The notes below the pieces were generated by a model. The model searched no databases. It had not been told where the DNA came from and saw only the letters and a list, made by a program, of their open reading frames with translations. From the human T2T-CHM13v2.0 reference genome, Homo sapiens, in NCBI RefSeq assembly GCF_009914755.1, contig NC_060946.1: 64,000 bases of DNA. One strand, written 5' to 3'. The translations under genes and the position numbers were made by a program. This document shows positions 51,649 to 64,000 of this stretch, piece by piece. Numbering within the stretch: position 1 is the first letter of the stretch; the number at the start of each line of letters is the position of its first letter.

Positions 51649-52203
51649 TCATTTGGTGCACACTTACTGAGCCATCTACTATATACCAGGCACTGATTTA
51701 GGCATATTGATGCCGTGGTGAGACAGGGAAGGCCTCTGCCTTCATTGGCTTCCGTTTTGGTGGAGGAGGAGTGGGAAGGAGAAACAAATCATAGATGAGG
51801 AACCAAGCATGAGAAATGCAGAAGAGGTGACTGTTACAAGGGTTAATAGGCGGGGTTATGTGATGTGACACAGAGGCGTTTAGCCAGAATGGTCAAAGAG
51901 GACCTCCTGAGGAGGTGACATTGGGCAAAGACCTAAATGATGAGGAGTCACCATGGGGCTAGAACAGTAAAGAGCACAGCCTGTGCACAGCTCCCGCGGC
52001 TGGAAGGAGCCATTCAAGGAGGCCTGTGGACCAATGTGGAGAGAGGAAGGTGGCAGGTATGAATCAGTTCTAAGATAGCAGAGGCCTTGAATGGCAAGGT
52101 AGTGAGTTTGGATTTTATTCTAAATGGGAAACCAAAAACAAAACAGTGACTTTGACCTCCTTTCTACCCTAGGTCTGCAGCCCAGAGGGCACCTTCTGCA
52201 AAC

Positions 52204-52239
52204 ATGTCTGTGGATCCCCTATCCAGCAAAGCTCTAAAG
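52204..52239 (+). CDS. MAFF: MAFF coding exon 2 (exon starts at 52173), MSVDPLSSKALK
   Basis: Acceptor tttctaccctag|G at 52172/52173; aaacATG start; donor AAG|GTGAGG; phase 0. Confidence 0.96.
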
Positions 52240-52769
52240 GTGAGGAGGCAGCCTCTGTCAACCCAGTGAAGCCCTCCCTCCCTGCCCATGCAGAGCCTCC
52301 TCATCCCAACTTCCCCTTCTTTCCTGGAATCCCCTGGGTGGCTCAGCAGGCACCAGGCCTTCATGATGCCAAAGGGAAGGGCCACAGCCATGGGCTGGGA
52401 CCAGGAGGCCTGGGCTCTGGTCACAGGCTGCATGTCCCTGGGGTAGGTCACTTCCCTCTCCAGGCCTCCTTCCCCATCGGGTCAATGTCCCCTGGGGCAT
52501 TCAAAGGTGCTTTCCGACCTGGGTTTCTCTGGCTGAGTCCAGGGCTTGGCGCTAGGTTAGAATTCAGGCTGAGCCCCGGGGTGGCCTCCTTTTGTGTCCC
52601 GATCCTAGTCTGGCCCGGTTTCCCCTTCCCGGATTCCTGCTCCCCTTCGGGGTTTTGGATCAAGTCCACCCACCACCTCGGCGGCTAAGGCGGTGAAAGA
52701 GGAACACCGCGGGTGGAGCGGGGGGGCCCGTCCCCAGTCCCCTGGACCTCAGTTTCCTCATGCCCGCAG

Positions 52770-53228
52770 ATCAAGCGAGAGCTGAGCGAGAACACGCCGC
52801 ACCTGTCGGACGAGGCGCTGATGGGGCTGTCGGTGCGCGAGCTGAACCGGCATCTGCGCGGGCTCTCCGCCGAGGAGGTGACACGGCTCAAGCAGCGGCG
52901 CCGCACACTCAAAAACCGTGGCTACGCCGCCAGCTGCCGCGTGAAGCGCGTGTGCCAGAAGGAGGAGCTGCAGAAGCAGAAGTCGGAGCTGGAGCGCGAG
53001 GTGGACAAGCTGGCGCGCGAGAACGCCGCCATGCGCCTGGAGCTCGACGCGCTGCGCGGCAAGTGCGAGGCGCTGCAGGGCTTCGCGCGCTCCGTGGCCG
53101 CCGCCCGCGGGCCCGCCACGCTCGTGGCGCCGGCCAGCGTCATCACCATCGTCAAGTCCACCCCGGGCTCGGGGTCTGGCCCCGCCCACGGCCCGGACCC
53201 CGCCCACGGCCCGGCCTCCTGCTCCTAG
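52770..53228 (+). CDS. MAFF: MAFF coding exon 3: small Maf bZIP transcription factor MafF (164 aa in total)
   Basis: Acceptor cccgcag|ATC; [31 protein letters not shown]...[17 protein letters not shown] plus leucine zipper; TAG at 53226-53228; 12+152 = 164 aa. Confidence 0.98.
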   Translation: MKRELSENTPHLSDEALMGLSVRELNRHLRGLSAEEVTRLKQRRRTLKNRGYAASCRVKRVCQKEELQKQKSELEREVDKLARENAAMRLELDALRGKCEALQGFARSVAAARGPATLVAPASVITIVKSTPGSGSGPAHGPDPAHGPASCS

Positions 53229-54861
<1,633 letters not shown>

Positions 54862-55109
54862 TGTGTATCCTGGACTATGTTTTTTGGCGAGGGGTGTCTA
54901 AAATGGGGTTCTGCTTTCAACCCCTTAGGGCTTCTGGTGGCGGGGAGGGCTAGTGCACATCACCAGCTATTGCACAGGGTATGAGGTGGAGGGGAGATGG
55001 CGACAGAGACCAGTGATGCTGAAACTTCGATGCTTCCTCTTGGTTGCTTAGAGCACAGGAGCTCCTGGGAAGACAAAGCCATGGGCACAATGAAATTTAG
55101 GACTGGATT

Positions 55110-56325
<1,216 letters not shown>

Positions 56326-57639
56326 GAAGAAATTTAGGGTTAAATTCCCTGGGCATCCCTTTAGTGAACAGACAGTCCCACCCAGAGAGGAAAAAACCCA
56401 GATTTCAGAGTAATTTTTCCAGCACTTTCACATTGAGATCTGATTTTCTACAGCCAAGTGGAAACTATCTTCCCCATGTTTCGGAATGCCCAGGGAGGCA
56501 GGGAGAGTGGCTTTCCCAGCCCCCACCTGCAGGCCTAAACCATAACCCTGTGTCTTGTCCTAGGCCTCAAACTCACTAATTTCAACCCAATCTGCCAGCC
56601 CTTCTGGGGCACCCTGAAGAAGGAGTGGAGTATACTGTGGTCTGTGGGTCACGGCAATTGGGGTTTGAATCTAGGTGTCTGTTCTTAGCTGTGGGATCTT
56701 TGGTACTTATTTGGTTTCTTACAGTCTCAGTTTACCATCTGTAAAATGAAGATGCTATGGGGCATTACGTGCGAAAAACCCTGGAGACCTGTGGGGCTGC
56801 AGGTTTTAACACTCCGAACACACATTTACAGTGGCACAGACCGAGGTGAGGCCAACTCTATGGCTGGGTATGGGGCTGGCTGGGTATGGGGCCCGCGGGG
56901 TAAGGGACCAGTTGGGCGAAGGTGCAGGATTTGAGTCCGGGAAAGGGCCAGATCACGTAGGTAGGCCGTGTCCACGGGGCTTTCTCCCCTTCTCAGGTTG
57001 GGGCTCGGTGCTTTCCCTGCCAAGCCCATGACCCTGAAATGCTGAGCTCAGGCCTGCGGGAAGGGCAGCAGGAAGCTGCGGGAGGACGCAGGCTATTTAC
57101 CCGCCTCGGGAGGCTGGTGGGAATTCCCCCACCCACACCGCATTCCTGAGTGCTCCCGTCAGCAGCAAGCCAGGCCCCAAGAAGGCATGCGGTACCAGAG
57201 AGGCCAGGCACTGTGCCCACAGCCAGCGGCCCCCTGCCCCAGGGTCCCTGGCCCTGAGGGTCCCAGGGTGGAGGACAGTCCCAGAGACGCAGGAAGCTCG
57301 TCTGAAAGGGGGATCCCAGGAAATCCTGGGAGATGCCTGCAGGAGCGGGGCTGCCAGCATGTGGGCCCCATGGACCTGGTTGACCAAACAGGGAAGGAGC
57401 ATCGACCGCCTGCGGCCCGGCCGTCCTGGGTTGGGAACTGGCTGGAGGTTGGGGAGACCCTTTGTCCAAGGGGGGCCTGGGCCTTGACCTTGGTCCCTAT
57501 CAATCCGAACCCCCATCACTGAAAGGTTACACACAGGAAGGAGAGGGTTTCCTAAGCCGCCTGTACCCACAGCCACTCCACCCACCCCAAAGCCAGAGCA
57601 GGGGGCAGGGAGGAGGAAGGAAAAACCTCACCCACAGGC

Positions 57640-59818
57640 AGAGATTTCAATACAATCTATATTATCTCATATATAGATTTCTTCCTCACTTTATTTGCTC
57701 ACTTCTGTCACGCATTTAAAATGTCACAGAGACCAAAATAGAGTGGCTTTCTGGTGGAACTCATGGCAGTCATACAACAAGATACAAAACTAGGAGACTC
57801 TGTCTTCTCATACATCATACAATTAATTTTTCAAGTATTCTTTATGTACAAAGAGCTACTCTACCTGGAAAGAAAATTTAAAAAAAAAAAGACAAGGTAG
57901 GTTATGCATCCTAAGGAGGAGGAGGGGATGGAGCGGTCGGGCACATGTTCCCGTCCCCACGACCCCACGGACCGCTGATTCCCTGCCACTGAGCTCCCCC
58001 CACCCTCCACGCAAACAGCAACGCTGGGCAGGCGAAAACCAAGGGAGTGGGAATCAGCAGCACTTTGGCCTGGAGGGAGAAGGGAAGCCACGGTGGAGAG
58101 ACAGCTTGGTGAAAGCAGATGGCGGGGCAGGGCCAGGGCTGGTCCTCAGCCTGTGTCTGCACCCACCCTCCCGGGCAGCTTGGGCCCAACTGCTCCGCCC
58201 CCCCAAGATGGAGGGGGAGAGCTGGCCTCTGGCACCCACATGCAGGCCTCTGCCACGAGGAAAGGAAGGAGGCCAGGAAGACGGCTGGGCCCCAACTCTC
58301 CTCACAGGTGGCAGGGAGGGAACCTGTTCATTCCAGGAAGGACCAAAAGAAAGAATCCCCAGTGAACACCGGCAGGGTCCCTCTCCCTTACCCTACCAGC
58401 TTCTCCAGGTGACTGCAGCCCAAACCCAGGGATAATCTGGGTTTTAAATGCCAGGACACTTTGCCTGTAGGGACACGTGTTGTGACACGAGGCTCTTCCT
58501 AAGTCAGGAGCTAGTATAAGCCCAGCCTGCTGGGGGTTCCGGAGGCCCCAGGTCTAGAGGTGTGGAGGGGGAGAGGAGGGGCTTGGTGGTCCTGACCACT
58601 CCTGAGGCCTGTCCAAGGGCTCTGGGCCCAGCACTGCAGGATCCTGCGAGTGCCAGCAGCTGAACTAAGAGCCCCAGGGAGCGTGTGGGACAGATGGGGA
58701 GCCAGGGAGGGGCGCTTTCATATGTGACTAAGGCACAGAAGAGATGGGCCAGGGGCCAGATGGGGTAGAACACCAGGCCCTGTGTGGATAGGGGCCCCGA
58801 GAGGAGTCTGGGACCATTCCCCCCACCTCCCAGCTCCCCACTGTGTGGCCACCCCTCCCGGTCTCCCTGCCGGACTGCCTTCCCCCAGAAGCTGGTCTGA
58901 AACGTGGAGACTCAGACCTTTCCCCTGAAACGGGAGGGAGAAGCCCCAAAGAGAGAGAGGACCCAGCATCAGCCTGGGAAGGAGGGCTGGGAGCCCCTGA
59001 GCCCTGAAGCAGCCAGGAAGCAAGGGCTCTGCCCAAAGCTATCGAGGAAGGACCCAAGTGAGCCGGCAGTGCGGGCTGTGGGCTGTCCTTGGTAGGCCAG
59101 GGGGAAGGGGCATGAGGCAGGCAGAGGTGTGGCCACGACAGGTGGGGATACCCAGGGGCCCAGAAGCCCCTGCTTCAACAGAAGCGGTGCCCAGGGGCCC
59201 TGAATGCCCTTCCTGGGTGGGGCCTGTGACTCCTGGTGTCTGGCTCTGATCCTTGCAGCATGCCACAGAGGCCTGGGTCAGGAGGGGAGGACCACAGAGC
59301 GCCCACATCCCCACTCCTGCCCGGGGTGAGGTGAATCTAGCACTGGACAAAGGTGGACAGGGGAGGGATGCAGGCGGGAAGAGCCCAGGTCAGACAGGGT
59401 ATTGCACGGTGTGTGGGGGAGCCACGGCTTGCCGACCTCAGCCTGAGAGTCTCGCGGGGAGGAGGGGCTAGAAGGCTGCAGCCGCTGGTCCACACACAAG
59501 CATTGGGGCCTGGGTGCGGCTGGTCCCAGCATGCCCCCAGCACAGGACGGGCAGCAGGGGCATAAGCCTTGCTCCCAGTGTCCTCTGCCCTCGCCCGGGC
59601 AGTGCAGGCTGGGCCATGTATAAATATTCCTGAAGGCCCATGGGCGAGCCTGGCTGTCCCCCGTTCCTCTGGAAGTGACATGTGAGTGTTTCTGGTCCAA
59701 TAAATAAAGGCGGCGTGAGCACTGTGCCAGCTGCCTCCTGGCCTGGTGGTGAGGCTGGAGGTGGGGCACAGCCTGACCGTGGCTATGGCGCCAGCACTTC
59801 CGCCACTGCAGCCCGCAC
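57640..59818 (-). other. TMEM184B: TMEM184B 3'UTR (3' end approximate)
   Basis: Follows the stop at 59819; AT-rich distal end with AATAAA (minus strand) at 57690-57695. Confidence 0.8.
57690..57695 (-). terminator. TMEM184B polyadenylation signal AATAAA
   Basis: tttatt on the plus strand in the AT-rich UTR end. Confidence 0.6.
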
Positions 59819-60166
<348 letters not shown>

Positions 60167-60991
60167 CTATGCCCTTCAACCATCCCTTCTGGGACAGAGA
60201 ATGGGGTCCAGGATATGAGAAGGGGCAGGAAAAAATGGACTTCTTTGGCTGGGGAGCCCCAAGGGGAGGCTGGACTGTGAAGAGGAGCAGACATAAACCC
60301 CCACTGGGAGCTGGGCTGGCTGCAGGGAAGGGACCCAGGGTGGAGACTGGCAAGCTATGGGCAGTGAGCCTAGAATGCCCCAGAGAGGCCAGAGCAGGCT
60401 CAGCACTGACTGAAGTTGGGGCATGTGGGGCCAGAGGGCCTGGAAGCCAGGGGTGCCCGGTTCCACAGGTGCCAGGCGCGTCCCCCACCACCGGGGGAAG
60501 TGCTGTGCTCCCTCTACTCTGGAGATCAGGACCAGGCTGGCCTGCACCCCCAGGGGAGCAGATGCGACTCACTGGCTCCCTCTAAGAGGGCTTCCTCCTC
60601 ATCTCTCTAATCAACTGTCCCCATCCTCAGGGGCTCAGAGCAGAAAGGTGGCCCAGGACACCTGGATGTAAGGGACGAGCCCACCCCTGGAACCCAGGAT
60701 TCCTGACTCAGCTTGTGAACTCTTGGAAACATCGTGAAATGCCCCGATATCCCATGAACAGCACTGTGCCCCCAGAAGAAGGCGGGGCATATTCCAGAAC
60801 GAGAAACGAGGACGGAAGCAGGCAAGCTCTACAGAGGGTGGCCCTTGACAGGTGCTCTGGGCGCTCCCACCCAGGGGGTGCCGGTGGGGAGGAGATGAGG
60901 ACACGGAGAAGAGCTACAGAGAGACGCATGCCAGTGACAGTGACCAGAACTGACATGCAGGACAGACATGCAGACCAAGAGCGGGACCTAC

Positions 60992-61012
60992 CGTAAGGGC
61001 CGTATGTTGGCA
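60992..61012 (-). CDS. TMEM184B: TMEM184B 21-nt alternative microexon (adds VPTYGPY)
   Basis: cag|TGCCAACATACGGCCCTTACG|gtaggt; symmetric phase 1-1, in frame with both neighbours, no stop codon. Confidence 0.8.
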
Positions 61013-62456
61013 CTGCCCGCGGCCAAACCCCGGGCAAAAGCAGGGCAAGGGGGGCGGGGAGAGAAGCCAAAGAAATAGAGAAGACAAGAGACAGCTGAGT
61101 GAACAATGTGTGCCCACCACCGAGGCCCACCAGCACGACACACCACACACCCTGTCCCCACCCCCCCAGGCCCCACAGGGCACCCAGGAAGCTCCAGGTG
61201 CCTCCTGGGGCCTGGCAGGGGGGATATCCACCTAGGGATGACTCCTCCCCTGGTGTTCACGCCAACAGGAAACATCCGTCTGGCGACTGAGTTCCGCCTC
61301 CACGTCTAGGTCAGGACGTCCCATCCCCACTTCTTCCCCGGCTAGCCTGGGGCCACATCCACACCTCACATTTTACAAACCTCACAACACTTCCCAGACC
61401 AGGACATGGAGGCTCAGAGGGAGGGGTTACAATCGCACAGCTGAGCCAGCTCTGCACCTAAGCCTATCCTGAGGGCTGAGGGTCTGGGCCTGGGTTAGAG
61501 GGTAGCAGGGGGCTCAGGACCAGTGGGGAGGCAGAAGAGGGCAAGCAGCTTCCCCGGCCGGGCGTGGGTATGTCTAGAGGGACAGCTCAGGCCAGGCAGC
61601 AGAGCCCCTCTGCTGAGCCCCAGTGGTGCAGGAATGGTTCTCTGCCATGGGCCCCCTTGCTCCTTGGGGTGGCCCCAGGCCCCAGGCCCAAGGATGATGT
61701 TCCCACGGGCACAGGGTATACCACACCAGGTCCAAGGGACACTGCCCTCAATGCTGGGTGTGTGTTTGCTAGATCCTTCCAACTGGGCCACCAGGTGGCA
61801 ACCCCTGGCCTTTGTGCACCTGCTCTTTGGGCACAGAGTAGGTCTTCCCCCACCAGGGAAGGCACAGAGGAAGGGGGGCGGGAAGTGGGCCGCGGAGCCC
61901 CGCTGCAGGCAGACATTTCTACAGTCCACACCACCCACCACGGAGCCTGTGTGGGGCCTGCAGGTAGGCCCTGGGGAAGTGGGTTTCTTGCCTCCAGCCA
62001 CTCGGGCAGACAGCTGGCAGCAGCCAGGCTCCTGGGTGGATGTGTCAGAGAAGGAGGCTCCCCTCTCCCCAGTCCCTCCTGCCCCTTTACTGGCTCAATC
62101 AGTCTCAGGCATTCCCAGCCTCCTCTTCCCCATCCTCCAAGGACAACCCCCTTCTGCCCAGTGGCCAGAGGCAGCCCTTCCAGCCCAGTGGAGCGTCCCG
62201 GGCAGCAGCACTTTCACATCACCCTGGGAGTGCTTAAAGCACAGAACTCTCACAGCACACCCAGCCTGCCAGCCCGGACCCATTACAGCGGGATCTCCGA
62301 GGGTGGGGCTGGGTATCAGCACTTCCAAAAGCTCTCCAGGGCATTTTCCAGTACAACTGGGGCTACTTACCACTGTTCTAGCAAGGAGGAAGATTCGCAG
62401 GTGTAAAAGAAAGCTGTTAAAACCTATTACCATCCGAGTCTGTTTCTCAGAAGTAT

Positions 62457-62764
62457 TCTTTTTTTTCTTTCTTTCTTTTTTTTGAGACGGAGTCTTGCTC
62501 TGTCACCCAGGCTGGAGTGCAATGGCACAATCTCGCTCACTGCAAGCTCCGCCTCCTGGATTCACACCATTCTCCTGCCTCAGCCTCCCGAGTAGCTCGG
62601 ACTACAAGCACCCGCCACCACGCCCGGCTAATTTTTTGTATTTTTAGTAGAGACAGGGTTTCACCGTGTTAGCCAGGATGGTCTCGATCTCCTGACCTTG
62701 TGATCCACCCGCCTCGGCCTCCCAAAGTGCTGGGATTATAGGCGTGAGCCACCGTGCCCGGCCA
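62457..62764 (-). mobile_element. AluY element with TSD
   Basis: Alu consensus flanked by agaagtat on both sides. Confidence 0.9.
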
Positions 62765-62865
62765 GAAGTATCCTTTTTTTAAAAAATAGCATATGAGATG
62801 AGGGAATTACAGGACAAAATGGTAACCACAGTGTTGGGAGTTAGAAGCCCGAGGGAATTTGTCTA

Positions 62866-63597
<732 letters not shown>

Positions 63598-63600
63598 CTA

Positions 63601-63999
<399 letters not shown>

Positions 64000-64000
64000 C

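Noticed and set aside
61523-62485. 320-aa and 280-aa plus-strand ORFs in the TMEM184B intron
   Set aside because: No recognisable family or codon pattern; the longer one starts at a non-ATG codon and ends in an Alu tail.

Overview
Human (primate) genomic DNA recognisable as the PLA2G6-MAFF-TMEM184B locus (chr22q13.1 by established knowledge). It holds the 5' end of PLA2G6 on the minus strand (CpG-island promoter, non-coding exon 1, first coding exon 2). It also holds the complete MAFF gene on the plus strand (CpG-island promoter, 164-aa small Maf bZIP CDS in two exons, Alu-containing 3'UTR). The 3' end of TMEM184B lies on the minus strand (three constitutive coding exons, a 21-nt microexon, ~2.2-kb 3'UTR), converging tail-to-tail with MAFF. 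The rest is Alu-dense (about 55 Alu segments by eye) with L2/MIR/L1M/MER/LTR relics, and most ORFs in the supplied track are repeat- or GC-driven artefacts. The most interesting signals are: (1) a frame-preserving TMEM184B microexon with a neural-type splicing code that adds a Tyr motif to the C-terminal tail; (2) a decayed coding-like exon (candidate lost gene) between PLA2G6 and MAFF, enclosed by a ~310-bp Alu+MIR inverted duplication; (3) a ~1.5-kb three-variant 10-mer G-rich minisatellite with higher-order structure; (4) a near-perfect MARE in MAFF intron 1, suggesting autoregulation; (5) a probable GC-AG first intron in PLA2G6. No databases were consulted, so novelty is unverified.
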